Origin: Octopus vulgaris
Lineage: Eukaryota
Assembly (NCBI GenBank): GCA_951406725.2
Contig: OX597832.1
Location: forward strand, 65,596,001 to 65,660,000
DNA: 64,000 nucleotides
Direction: 5' to 3'
In this document: piece after piece, positions 28,793-42,485 of the stretch
Layout of the letters: each line of letters opens with the position of its first letter
Position numbering within the stretch: the first letter of the stretch is position 1
Notes under the pieces: generated by a model
The model's input: only the letters and a program-made list of their open reading frames with translations
Database searches by the model: none
Told to the model about the DNA's origin: nothing
Position numbers and translations under genes: made by a program

Positions 28793-29753
28793 CATATATA
28801 TATACATATATACATAATATATATATATATAATATATATACTATATGCATATATATATATATACATATATATATAATATATATATATATATGTTTTATAT
28901 ATTTCTGGATATTACATATATAATATATATAATATATATATATGACAGAGGCTGGACGTGTTCTTCGCTGCTCTGACCTGTAAGCAGTTAACCCAGCAGG
29001 ACAACTGAAAAGACAACTGTAAAAATATGGAAGATCTACTGTTTTCTGTGAGTAATTTGAATTTCCCGCAAAATAAGTTAAGGAACTTACATATCTACAG
29101 TTTTGGACGTACAAACGAACACCTAACAAAAAATTTAGAAACAAAAAATCCTCAATCCCTTCTTCCTTGGCTATCAGAATATGTAAAAATTCCTGTTATT
29201 GTAACAACACAATTAAATGCACGATAAAAAATTATGGAATTAAGCACCTGCTAATATATATATATACTGCACAAATACAAAAACTATAAACCACAGCAAA
29301 ACTTTTAAAAATAAAAGAAAAATTCCAAAAGAAAAAGAAATTCAGAAATCCAACAAGGTGAACCTGCTCTTCCTCCTACTGTCCCCAATGACTGGAATAT
29401 TTACAATTCCCTGTAAATATTTTAAATCTCCCTCAAAATAAAATAAGTTAGGAAACTTACATACCTACAGCTATCGAACACAGAAACGGTCAGCTTAAAA
29501 TACCAAAAAATAAAATATTTAACATCTACAACTAATGTGCATTGCAAAAGTCTTATTGTATTCTCCAAATAGACAGACAAACGAACATCTCAAGATTACT
29601 TAAAAACTTTAATATATTAACCAAATACGCAAACACAACTTTTACAACTTTTATTGCAACAACACATTTAAATACAGAAATATAAAAAAGTCATCGACAT
29701 GAATATCAGATAATATGTGTGTGTGTATACATATACATATATATGTGTGTGGG

Positions 29754-29794
<41 letters not shown>

Positions 29795-30199
29795 TTCCTA
29801 CCATTAGTTGCAAATATAACAAGTTGAATTGCTTTTCAAGGCAGCGCTCCCAGTATCAACTGGTAGTAGTAAACAGGTTTTGACCTCTCCTGGCCCAAAG
29901 GGTCCTTTGCCCTTTGTCTCTACGGCTGACCTCCCCCACCATCTGAATCTATTTATAGATTACCTCTAGCTAACCAACTACTACTCCTCCTCCTACTACT
30001 ACTGCTGCGGCTGTTGCTGCTGCTACAGCTACTACTACTGCTGCTGCTGCTGCTGCTAATGATGATAAATGCGGGGGCCCCTGTATGAAGATTAGTGGTT
30101 GAAAATAAATATATAAAACAAACATAGAAAAAAAATGAAAAATCTAATAATAATTTAACATTACTTGAAAAGGTAGTGGTAGCGAATTTCTTCACTACT

Positions 30200-33100
30200 T
30201 CAGGGAGTGACGACCCTGCCTGACACGAGTTCCGGGCTCAGCTTGCTCCGCCTGACAGTACCCGGTATGGGCCCCTATCCAGGGTTACGTAAAGGAGACA
30301 ACCTTCAAAGAAGTCCGGACTGGAGCCCCGAAGGCGGTTTAGTGTTCGACTCGACATTCTTCCGGCAGCTCCTGCAACCAAGCTGGTGCCAAACGTAATG
30401 CTCTGCACTCCTTTGGACTACGTCAGCAAGGTCGAGAGAGGAATCCTGACGATTGGGCTACCCAGGATTTTCTTATTTCTAGCCCAGGCCTGCACAAAAC
30501 TGGAGAGGACAGTTCAGTGCTGCTGTAAAAAGTGGCAGAAAAAACACGGGAGCTAACACTCACGAGTGATAAGTCCATTCAGATTGGCGTAAGATATGGG
30601 AACTACGGGTTACCTCAGACGGTGGGAGGGACCTCCCTGTTCTATCGGTTAGCTACTGCCCACCTCAAGCTGAGCAGCCCCTAGTTAATAAGGTGCTGAC
30701 CTGCCACAGGCCGCCTGCTTCATTGGTTGCTTGGAGCTAAGAGTTCGACTTGAAAAGCGGCCTGCAACATCTGCAGCAGGCAAACAACTAAAAGACAAGA
30801 AACCACCAGTCCTGCGGTTAGCAAGCTGGAATGTCAGGATCATGTGCCCTAGAATATCTGATGATCTACTCAGGGTTAAAGACACAAGAAAAACGGCCAT
30901 CATTGACCGTGAACTAAAGAGGCTCAACATAGACATTGCTGGGCTACAGGAGACAAGACTTCCCTCAAACGGCAAACTCAAAGAACAGGATTTCACCTTC
31001 TTTTGGCAGGAAGCGATCTTGAAGAACATCGTCAACATGGCGTTGGCTTTGCAGTGATAAACTCACTACTCTCCTCAATAGAACCACCATCAGGAGGCAC
31101 TGAACGTATCTTCTCACTGCACCTCTCGACTTCTTCTGGTTCAGTAAATCTAATGAGCATCTATGCTCCCACTCTCTACTGCTCAGAGGAGACCAAGGAC
31201 CAGTTCTACAAAGATCTCAACTGTGTCATTAAAAATATACCAACAAATGAAAACATTTACCTTCTAGAGGATTTTAACGCTCGCGTGGGATCTGACCATG
31301 ATTCATGACCCATTTCTGTTGGACACTTTGGTATTGGCAACATGAATGACAATGGTCAGAGACTACTTGAATTTTGCACATACCATAACCTGTGCATCAC
31401 AAACACATTCTTTGCCAACAAGCCATCCCACAAGGCATCTTGGAGACATCCAAAATCTCACCACTGGCATCAGCTGGATCTCATCATTACACGAAGATCC
31501 TTTCTGAATTCTGTACAACTGACCCGCAGTTACCACAGCGCGGGTTGTGACACAGATCACTCACTAATTAGGGTGAGGATTCTGCCTAAAAATGTCCATC
31601 ACTCCAAGAAAATGGACCAACCACGCATTAACACTGCCAGAACCTCGAACCGTACGCTGCGAAAATGTTTTGCTGCTTCTATCAAGGTTGCCCTCAGTAG
31701 CTGCCCAACCTCCTCTGCTGAAAGTAGGTGGAATTATATCAGGGAAGCTTTGTATACCACATTGATAGATACTTTCGGCATGAGAGAAAAGCAAAACCCA
31801 GATTGGTTCAATGCTGGGCTCTCAGAGCTGGAACTAATTATCGAAGCAAAGCGTGCAGCTATGATGCAATAAAAGAGTGATTCTTCTACAAAGTCATTCG
31901 AAGAACTCAGAAAGGCAAGAAATAAAACCCAACAGACAGCCAGACGCTGTGCAAATAGGTATTGGCAGGAAATATGTCAGAGTATCCAGTCAGCTGCTGA
32001 CAGTGGCGACACCCGTGAGATGTATGCCGGTTTGAAGAAGGCCCTCGGTCCATCCGCAACCAAGTCAGCCCCTCTGAAATCAACTACTGGAGATCTCATC
32101 AGGGATCAAAGCAAGCAAATGGATAGATGGGTGGAGCACTACCAGGATCTCTACTCACGGAAGACTACACCAGCTGAGGCCGCAATCGAGAGTGTCAAAA
32201 TCTTGCCAGTCATGTGCGAACTTGACAGTCCGCCATCTATAGCAGAGCTCACCAAGGCTATTGACTCCCTAGCAAGCAACAAGGCTCCGGGAAAAGACGA
32301 CATCCCCTCAGAGATCATCAAAACCGGCAAAACCACCATTCAGCTTCGGCACCTTCATGAGCTTCTGTGTCAGTGCTGACACAGAAGAAAGTACAGTCCC
32401 TCAGGATATGCGGGATGCTAACATCATTACACTTTACAAAAACAAAGGTGACCGTTGTGATTGTAACAATTACCGTGGAATATCTCTTCTAAGCACTGTT
32501 GGAAAGACATTTGCCCGCTTTATCCTGGCCAGGCTACAACTACTTGCTTCTCGAATTTATCCGGAATCGCAGTGTGGCTTTAGAAGAGGCAGATCAACTA
32601 TTGACATGGTATTCTCAATAAGCCAACTTCAGGAGAAGTCAAGAGAGCAGAAAATGCCATTATATATGGCCTTCATTAATCTAACAAAGGCCTTTGACTT
32701 GGTAAATAGAAAAAGCCTCTTCATCCTACTCCAAAAAATCGGATGTCCACCAAAGCTGCTGAGGATCATCAAGTCTTTCCATGATGATATGCAAGGCACC
32801 ATACAGCACAATGGTTCAACATCAGCCGCCTTCCAAAAAAAAAAAAAAAACAGGGTAAAGCAAGGTTGTGTCCTTGCTCCTACATTATTTGGCATCCTTT
32901 TCTCGCTCTTGCTCTCACATGCCTTTCAGACATGATGGAGTGTTTCTTCACAGTAGAATTGACGGGAAACTGTTCAATCTCTCGCGCCTGCGTGCCAAAA
33001 CCAAAATCAGAAGCGTCCTGATCAAGGAAATGCTATTTGCTGATGATACCGTTCTGGTATCACACACAGAAGAAGCCCTCCAAAGGCTCATCAACTGTTT

Positions 33101-33780
33101 TGAGCAAGCATGTAACGACTTTGGCTTAGCTATCAGCCTCAAGAAGACCAACATCATGGGTCAGGCTACATAGGACATCCCAAACATACATATTGGAGAC
33201 CACCAATTACAGGAGGTGGAGAAGTTTACCTATCTTGGCTCTACCGTCACCTACAACATATCCCTTGATGCTGAACTCAATATACGCATTGGCAAGGTAG
33301 CTGCTGCGATGGCCCAACTCTCCACGGTTGCTGGCAACTGCTTCCCAATTGCTAATATTGATGTTGCAGGCCTTCATGTACTTTTGCAAAAATCTTTGTA
33401 ACGTAAGAATGGTCTTCCCACAGACCTAATACCCCTAGCAAGCTTTCCGTAGAGTATGTCTTTGGGGATTCTGCCATCTTTTATACGGTTAACATGCCCA
33501 AGCCATCACATACGTCTTTGTGTGAGGAGTGCCAACATGCTTGGTATTCCTGCTTGCTTAACGACATCTTTGTTGGGGACATGATTCTGCCATTTAATGC
33601 GAAGGATTTTCCGGAGGCAGCGCAGGTGAAAGATGTTTAGGCATCTGACCAAGACCACGAAAATGAAAATCTAAAAGGCATGTGTACTTAGCACTCTACT
33701 GTATGGAAGTGAGACTTGGACGCCATACACACGCCAAGAGCGTTACCTAAACATCTTTCACCTGCGCTGCCTCCGGAAAA
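30200..33780 (+). mobile_element. Near full-length decayed RTE (BovB-like) LINE with rearranged 3' end
   Basis: APE motifs LASWNVR, GLQETR, GVGFAV, IYAPT, DFNARVG, NDNGQRLL, TDHSL; RT NYRGISLL, QCGFRRGRSTID, KQGCVLAPTLF, LFADD; several stops and frameshifts; 5' boundary approximate. Confidence 0.92.
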
Positions 33781-34308
33781 ACCCAGACTCTCTTCTCCCA
33801 ACTGTTAAACATAGAGGAGGATCTGTGATGACCTGGGAGGGGGTCCCTTCATGGCAGAATTAATAGTCAAGACTATTTAAGCATTTTATTTGATCAAATT
33901 CATCCTATGGTTGCCGAACTGTTTCCTGAGAGAAGCACAATATTTCAGGATGATAATCCACTAATTCACGCCGCTAAGGTCGTTACTGAACGCCACAAGG
34001 AACTTTCTAGTAAAGCTGATCATCTTATCTGGCCACCACAGTCCCCAAATCTCAGTATTATTGAACATTTACTGTGCATTTTAAAAAAACAAGTAAGGAG
34101 TCGATATCATTTTCTATCATCACTACGAGAACTGGTGATTGTTTTAGCTGAAGAATGGACAAAAATTCCTTTAGAAACAATTCAAACTTTGAACGAGTCC
34201 ATACCTCATAGAATTCAAGCTGTAATTACCGTCAAAGCGGTCGTAGCCCATATTTAAATAAATTTGTTTGAAACTTTAATGTGTCTCCATTATTTTGCCC
34301 AAATCCTG
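33781..34308 (+). mobile_element. Tc1-family transposon 3' half
   Basis: PTVKHRGGSVMTW, FQDDNPLIH, WPPQSPNLSIIEHL; right end ...tattttgcccaaatcctg followed by TA. Confidence 0.88.
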
Positions 34309-34625
34309 TATATGCATATTTATAAATTTATAACTATTTAGAACATCTCTATAAGAGAAGAAAGCAGTGAGAAGTAATGTTTATCGCCACTTGAAAATGG
34401 CTGTTCCGTAGGAACCGATGTTTCTACCATTTTATCCCCGTGGCTGGAATATAGTAAGGGTTCACTCATCTGCTTGCAATATATATCGAGTGCCGATTGC
34501 ATCGATTTAACTACTGGAGGATGTGTCAAACTGGGTGTCGGTTTCTGCGGAACAGCATGTTGGTGTGGCGAGAAATACTGCCTTCTATGAAATTTATATC
34601 TATCTATCTATCTATGTATCTGTCA

Positions 34626-34697
<72 letters not shown>

Positions 34698-34760
34698 GTC
34701 TGTCTGTCTGTCTGCCTGCCTGTCTGACTACCTTTCTGTCTGTCTGTCTCTCTTTCTCTG

Positions 34761-34846
<86 letters not shown>

Positions 34847-34871
34847 CGCGTGTGTATAGGTTGTGTGCATA

Positions 34872-35125
34872 CATCAATGACTGATACATCTGGACACATC
34901 TTCAAGGACGTACCTGGTATCATCGGGTGCTTCGGGTCATTCAACATCATACATCCTCATGCAGGTGACCCAGCTGGGGCTGACCAGACCCTTGATGGTC
35001 AGTTAGTTACGCCATGTCTCTCCTCTTTTTATCCATAGCCGTTTTGAAACCCTCTCTACCGCATCGGTGGTACAGAGGATGGCCTTTCTTGTTACGCCCT
35101 CGATGCCGGGCCGCGAAACACTTGC
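34872..35125 (-). mobile_element. HERO-like (RLE) non-LTR retrotransposon 3' end
   Basis: Minus translation GIEGVTRKAILCTTDAVERVSKRLWIKRGETW* then a HERO-type 3' UTR (gatgttgaatgacccgaagcacccgatgataccagg...gatgtgtcc). Confidence 0.65.
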
Positions 35126-35689
35126 ATCAAACCATCACATATATGTCTACAGAATACATACATAAAAGTTTACGTGTGCGCTTTTTGTAGGTGCAGGTTG
35201 TATTCTCTAGATACATAACTGACAGCGTAGTGCTGTTGAAATCTTCATATCGAGATGTTTCGAATCTACTCATATTTGACGTGGTAAATTCAATGTAGAT
35301 ATATACATAAAACCCTATTGCAGCTATTGCTTCGACAAAGATTCCTGGAACTCACGTTAGAACATCTGGTTACCGATCTATTCAAGTCATATTTCGTTTG
35401 TAGGTTTACTGTATCTAAAACATCGGGAGGTGTGATCGCTATGAGACACTGAATCATTAATAACCGCAGGACTACAGTTTGCTGAGAATTAATTGCTGGA
35501 GAAATAGTCTTTTTGAATGGGGATCATTATCTCTTGACATGTTATGGTAAGAATACAAAACATTAATGAGATAAAAGAAATATTGATGTAACGGTATAGG
35601 TGGGTGTAAAAGTTACTGACTGGCGTGAAGCTTCGATGTTGTAACAGATTCAGTTTCGATATATGACGCGAGATCATAGCTCCAGCCAG

Positions 35690-37342
35690 GAATTACAACC
35701 GTGTTTCGTGGTTTGCTACCACAACAGCTCCTTTATAGGATCCAGTTAGCTCAAGACATCATCAGGAGGAACCACGTCTGGTTTCGGCCCCTACTCCTCT
35801 ACCGTTTTGACGTGGCGGGGCTCCCCTTTTCGGAGATTTCTTCAGCTCAGGTGTTGGGTGCATGTATTCCTTTTTCTTCTTTCTTCTGTTCCCTGGCCTC
35901 TTTAATGTATCTTCAGCGAGTGTCAGCCGCTGACTGACTGACTTGTCAAATGTAGCCTTTTAAATACATGCCGCAAGGCTCCAGCAGGCTGCCCCAGCAA
36001 GTTGTCACGTGACACTGTCTCACCTTAACTGACTAATGGAGGCGCGTAGTTTTAGCCCGCGCATTTTCTAAGCGACCGTCACCTGTCAGTCAGCGAAGCT
36101 GATTCAGTGTCAGCTTATCTCACCTAATGATGTTATTTCCCGCCGGCATGTTATGACTTTCAAGCCATTTTCGGTCTTCCCGCTTCAGCCATATATAGAA
36201 GCTGGCTTTTTCGACCGCCTCCTGTACTCTCCTTATTAGTTTTCGCAGCTCGGGGCTAGAAAAAACAAATCTTCGTTTGAAAAGCGGTGTCATTTTTCTT
36301 TCAATGAAGCCTCTAGCCCCCACTGCCAGGTGATAATATTCGACATTCCATCAATGTTCTCTGCATTCTTCGATTAGCTTTTCGTACCTGTTCTCCTTTC
36401 GTTCCTTTGCATTGCCGATGTTCTCTTCCCAAGGTACTGTCATTTCTAGTAAAATTCCTATTCTCCGGTCTCTGTTCCATAGGACTAACTCTGGTCTTTT
36501 TGTTGTTAGTGGAAATATTTCTTGTCTTTCCAAGTCCGTGGCCACCTCCCAGTATCCCTTCCATCTTTCGTCTAACTCGTATACTTTACTTGTAGGCCTG
36601 GTTTTATATCCTTTTCCCTCCTTGTGGAAGAATACTTTCCTGCGCTTTTCTACTTTTGGGTACTCTCCCCTATTGTTTCTCTTGATTTTCTCCTTGAGTG
36701 CTGCGCATATGACGCCGAGGACTTGATTATGCCGCCATGTATATCTTTCTAGTGCTAGTCTGAAATTTGACAGAACATGTCTAACAGTCACTTTCTCTCC
36801 GCATCTACACTCATCGGTTGTTTATATGTTCCACCGGACTAAGTTCGCCAGGGAGGGTAGAATGTCGAATGTAGACTTGATCAGGAAGGATGTTCTTGCT
36901 TGTTCCCAAGCCCAAAGTTCCTTCCATGATATTCTGCGGTTGATCACATATTCCTCCCGTCTCAGGCACTGTCCCTATTGATTGCATTGCACCAAATGTA
37001 CATTTCGCCTTTCTTTTCCTCCTTTCTCACTTCGTATACCACTGCCTCTTTCATCTCTTTTACACTACTCTTGCAAAATGGCCTGGAATGTGCGACCTTC
37101 GGCCGGTTCTAGCTTCTCGCGTCGCTCCGACTATATCTGCGTGCCTTAGTTATCCGATCGCCCTGTTTACTGACTCCTTCGCCTTCCATTTCCTCCCTGT
37201 TCGTACCTTTGGAGGGTTTTCCGGATGCTCTGATCTTTTGAATACCTTAGCATCATTACTGTGCTTGCCTTTCCTGCCTTATATTCTTCGGCGATTGATG
37301 TTATTGTTAGTTGCAGCACGGATTTTCCATATAGTGCAGTTG
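35690..37342 (-). mobile_element. 5'-truncated HERO-like non-LTR retrotransposon (CCHC plus restriction-like endonuclease)
   Basis: SIAEEYKAGK, VRTGRKWKA, CRCG..TVRHVLSN, RYTWRHNQVL, RPELVLW, LLEMTVPWEEN, VGARGF, AVEKASFYIWLKR. Confidence 0.85.
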
Positions 37343-37703
37343 CCCTTGTTTTGGCGCGCTGAGTTTTTCCGGTAATTTAGCGCGCCAAAACGAGACATTT
37401 GAAATAGTAGCCACGAGTGTAATGGGTAGAACTGTTTTACAAATCTGACTTTGTGTGGACGTCATAGTATGCAGTTCTGCAAATTATATTCACCTTGGAC
37501 GGTCGTACCGATGATCTACGCAAAGTTACGTAAGTAAGATTGCGTAATTTGTTGATAGTGAAACATGTATACGAATAATCCATATATTCTATTACTTTTT
37601 CTTTTGTCTTGCTTGATTACGTTTTGGTAGTTTTGCTAATTTTTTCTTGAGAACATTTCTTGGTGGTGAGACCGTAGCGAATCTATTCCTAGCAGTTTCC
37701 CTC

Positions 37704-37756
<53 letters not shown>

Positions 37757-37902
37757 GTGTGTGTGTGTGTGTGTATATATATAATACTATTTTACTGAAC
37801 CTTCAGTTTTTTATGTTAGACTACTGGTGTGAAATCGATGTTAATTAAATTAGTATCTAATTTCTCACCCTCATTTTAAATTTTAAATTATATATATATA
37901 TA

Positions 37903-39353
37903 CTAGCATTATGACCCGTCGTTGCCTGGTCATAGTGCTAGTGCATTTATATATGTGTATATATATGTGTACATATTACATGTACATCTCTATATATACA
38001 TCTACACATAAAATACAACATGCAAAGTTATATCTTGATATCGCTAGTGATAACAATACTCAAAATATATAACAGACTGGAATTGTAGGCCCGTCACTTG
38101 CAATTTCGATAAATTGTATCTTGTCCTCCCTCTTATATAGAAGTGTGGCTACAATCCAGCCTACCTCTACTTCTGGAGGACATTTCAAATTTTTATCCGG
38201 GACGTCCTACGTCCCAGATATAAAGGTGGTAATTAAATATTTCCATTTTGCAGGTTTGAGTCGAGTACTCCCTTGTACGCTCCCTTGACTCGAACCTTGC
38301 TTCTATTGTGGCTATTTTACCGCCTCTGGTTAGATATCTTTCATAGTCGCACCAAGACACTTTTCGATGGTGCTTTCCTCCAGGTGTTCAAATCTTTTTT
38401 TTTCTCTACAATTTATACTTTATAGACAATAGTCTTTTCTTTAATTTAATTTTTTATTTCGTTTGGTGGTATTATCCTAGATTCACCGTCTTTGTCGGTG
38501 ATCAATCCGAAATAGGTTTGTATTTCTTCCATTTTAATTTTACTGAGTTCGCGCCCGTGGACGACTGCAGTGAAATTCATTTTTGGACTTTCTTCTATCG
38601 AAGGCATTCTAGCAAAAATGCTTCCGTGTAAACGGTGTAAATATTGTCAATTTCCTCGAACAGGGACACAATTCAGTTTTTAAACAATAACCAAAGCTCC
38701 TTCTCCCAAAGGGTTACAGTTTATAATTATTTAAGAAATGCAACACAACAACGTCTCCCTTACGCGGAACCAACAAACGTGAAACAATAGTTAAACAGTA
38801 ATAATAATAACAACAAACCTTACGGTGAATCAAAAAGCAGTACGCAGTATAATAGTACTATGTATAATAGTCCATCTGGACTATTCCATTTCTGCACGCT
38901 AATTTTATTTTTAATTTATTCCCATTCAAGTGAAACCACTTATTCAAGTTCAAGTCATTGATGCAATTTTATACCAATTGCTAATTTTACTTTTGTTATG
39001 TTACGATTATATTATACTTTAGTTTGATTTTAATTATTACTTATTACATATAATTCAATTATTACTATTATCTCTAATTTTTATTGTTTAAGTGAAAGTA
39101 TCTGACATAAAATAGAGAAATGGTTTTGTTTCACTTTTAACACGCAATACTGAAATAGTGGAGAAGATATGATATTGCTATGGGCTCGCCCTAGGCAAGA
39201 AGCTGAATATTTTTTGCCCATGACACTCCCTGGACCCTAAGTAAGGCATGTGTAAAATTTGAATGAAATTGGTCGTGTAGTTCTTGAGAACTACACAACC
39301 AATTTCATTTAGGGAAACATACAGACAGACAGACAGACAGACACACATTCTCA

Positions 39354-39360
<7 letters not shown>
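37903..39360 (-). mobile_element. Non-autonomous Helitron-like element
   Basis: 3' palindrome ctagcattatgacc...ggtcatagtgctag ending in CTAG; 5' end atatataaaactgagaatgtgtgtctgtctg, similar in style to the 18564-19503 Helitron. Confidence 0.65.
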
Positions 39361-39410
<50 letters not shown>

Positions 39411-39557
39411 GTGTGTATGTAGCTATATATAAAGGATAGAAGTTTTCGTCAGGTTGACGCAAATGCATTCTGAATCATTTGGTATAGGTTAATGTAGTGA
39501 GGAAAGGCAAACAATTAGGTAAGACTTGACAAGATCATTTAGTTTAATTTCATTTAG

Positions 39558-39673
39558 CTACTTAACCAAATTTTAAGAAAATATTCTCCGAGAGCTGTTT
39601 GTGAAATATCTCAGGTATTGGGACATCGTGTCAAACGAAGAATCCCTATGCTGGTTACGCCGTCATCTGAGAG
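39558..39673 (+). CDS. Candidate exon of unidentified host gene
   Basis: tttcatttag acceptor, GAG|gtataa donor, open frame LLNQILRKYSPRAVCEISQVLGHRVKRRIPMLVTPSSE. Confidence 0.25.
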
Positions 39674-39863
39674 GTATAAGTTAGAGAGTGAAATTTTAGC
39701 GTAATGATCTGTAACGTTTTACTCCCATCAATCTTCAGTCGTTTGCGTTTCTCTCTTTAAGCACACAGCCATATTCACGCAAACCAAAATACACACACAT
39801 ATATGTATTTCTAGCTAGATATTTACAGATATGGGGAAACATATAAGTAATATACGTACAAAC

Positions 39864-39948
<85 letters not shown>

Positions 39949-40032
39949 TTATGTATGTATATATATACGTATATATACATATGTATATGTGTATATATAA
40001 ATAGTATATATGTATATATACGTGTGTATATA

Positions 40033-40102
<70 letters not shown>

Positions 40103-40960
40103 CATATGAGTGTGTGTGTGTATGTGCATATGCACATGTCTGCAGCGGAGAAGCTTTGGGTTTACAGTTCATATATTGATGTAATGTCTTATGCATTTAT
40201 CAGATTGTTACTTCATCTCAAATACACAATCATAGTTACACATATGACTAACCAAAATATCTAATGGGAAATAATATCTGCTTATTGGCATTTAATTCTA
40301 TAAAATATAATACAGACGACGAAAAATCTATAGCATTATGTTAAAATAGTCTAACACATTATACACTGTAGTAGTACAGTTCAAAGTTTAGATAAGACAT
40401 ATGTCGTAGAGCAGATAAACACTGCTGCATCTGCCATATTTTATGTAAATCACTAATTTTCGTTTCTGTGTCTCATAAATTGGCATGTTTGTCATATGTA
40501 GGTGTATGGTGGTTGCCTGGCTTTCAGCACATTAATCTATGTTTTAAAGTCAGGTTTAACCCGCTTTAATTCTTTATGACACGGTGTTTAATTCGCAGCC
40601 AAGACAAATTTAGATTTTGTTTGGTCGCTGAATATTCAAAAGCTAGATACTAAGATGAACATCAAGTCTAGACCTCAATATTTACATGCCCACAATAATC
40701 ATTAATTCAGCGTTTACCCTGGGTTAGAGAGTTTCCGTCGTCACCTCAATAAATGCCACAAGGACATCGGACTGTGGTTAGGCAATCTAAAATCTTTTAA
40801 CTCACTATAAGTCAACAAAAGAAGTGTATGTTTTTATTTTTCGTGTATACATATTTATGTGTTCGCATGTATATATACATACATATATATAAATATATAT
40901 ACGTATGTATGCACACACACACACGCACACACACACAGACACATATATATATACATTTAC

Positions 40961-41003
<43 letters not shown>

Positions 41004-41046
41004 AATATATATACAGTTATATATATATATATATAAATATATATAA

Positions 41047-41925
41047 GTTAGATGTGTTCCAGAGGAAAATAGTAGAAATTACTTCTTTTTCAGCTCTACA
41101 ACAATGTCCAGCAAACTGGACTCTCTTACCTTTCACAAGAGATGACACAGGTGGTAGTTTCCCATATATTTGCATTTTGGTTGGATGGCGCTTCCACGAG
41201 AGATTTTGAGCTCTCATAAGGAGGCGAGTGTAGGTTCCATCCAACCGCCTCTCAAGCTTCTTTGATAACGTCCAGGTTTCTGAGCCATATAGTAGAATTG
41301 GTTCGACCGTGGCTTTAAATATTTCAAGTTTGAAGTCTCTACTTAGATTTGATGACCAGATCTTATGCATGTCATTACAGGCTGACCAGGCCATACCCTT
41401 TCTAGTTAGAAAGTATTTTCCAGATGATGATATGTATGACCCAAGATATTTATAATCAGAAACCATATTTAAGGGCGCATTGTTGAGAGTATGGATGATG
41501 CAATCACTGTTGGACAGGCACTTGTTTATGTATTCAGTTTTGGCCTCATTGAGGTAAAGACCTACACAATTTGAGGCTTGTTCAAGAGATTGTAAAAGAG
41601 ACTGGGCATTGGAGAGAGAATCACTGATAAGAGCGATGTCGTCAGCAAAGTCAGTGTCTGTCAAGTACTCAGCTGGAACTTCTTCTTGGTTTTATTTCAA
41701 AGCCCTTGCCAGAGATGGTATCAACTGACATACGTAGCACATAATCAACAACAATGATGAAAAGAAATGGGGCGAGTGTGTCTCCCTGCAGTATTCCGGC
41801 TTTGATTGAGAAAGATGATGTTTCTCCGTCAGGGATTAAGATGGTTGAAGACGTATCTGTGTAGAGGATCTTGATGGCAGAAATGATTTTGTCTGGTATC
41901 CCATAGAGCTTAAGGATTTCAAATC
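41047..41925 (-). mobile_element. RTE-clade LINE RT fragment
   Basis: YGIPDKII, GILQGDTLAPFLFIIVVDYVLR, DFADDIAL, YKYLGS, LLYGSETW; one frameshift near 41667. Confidence 0.9.
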
Positions 41926-42215
41926 CGGACATAGCCAACATTATTTTCGACAAACACCCACCTTCGTTTTATTTCTAGTTACCCTTTTTACTCTACAGCA
42001 GTCCTGACACATCGAATTTGCACACCAATACAAGGTTTTCTCCATGTCGCTTTTATGGTAGTAGACATCCAATATAATGCCCTTACAAAGTATGCAGGAA
42101 ATGAAGGTCTGTTCTGTGACGAGGCACAACGGCGATGAACATGTTTACGCACGAATCTGAAGGGATATATTAAGAAGCCATCGGTTTGATTTTGGGTGAT
42201 CACCATGCGTTAGAC

Positions 42216-42485
42216 CAGTTCTACTCAAAGCGGTAGTACGCAGGCTATCAGCTTCCGGTCCGCAGAGAGTTTCCAAAAGAAAAAAAACAAAATGATTATG
42301 TATTATGCATTATTTGTTTACAAAATAAACATAAGATAAAAAGAATCGTTAATTTTTATTATCATTATATTCATTATATATATTGTTCCAGGTATAAATA
42401 AATATTAAAAGAAATATTACCGGTCAATGGCACATTGGAAAAAAAAACTGCTGGTATGCCACATCAGATAGTTTGAAAAGCGCTG
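42216..42485. mobile_element. hAT (Charlie-like) MITE
   Basis: Imperfect TIRs cagttctactcaaa / tttgaaaagcgctg; 8-bp TSD cgttagac / cgttagcc. Confidence 0.6.
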
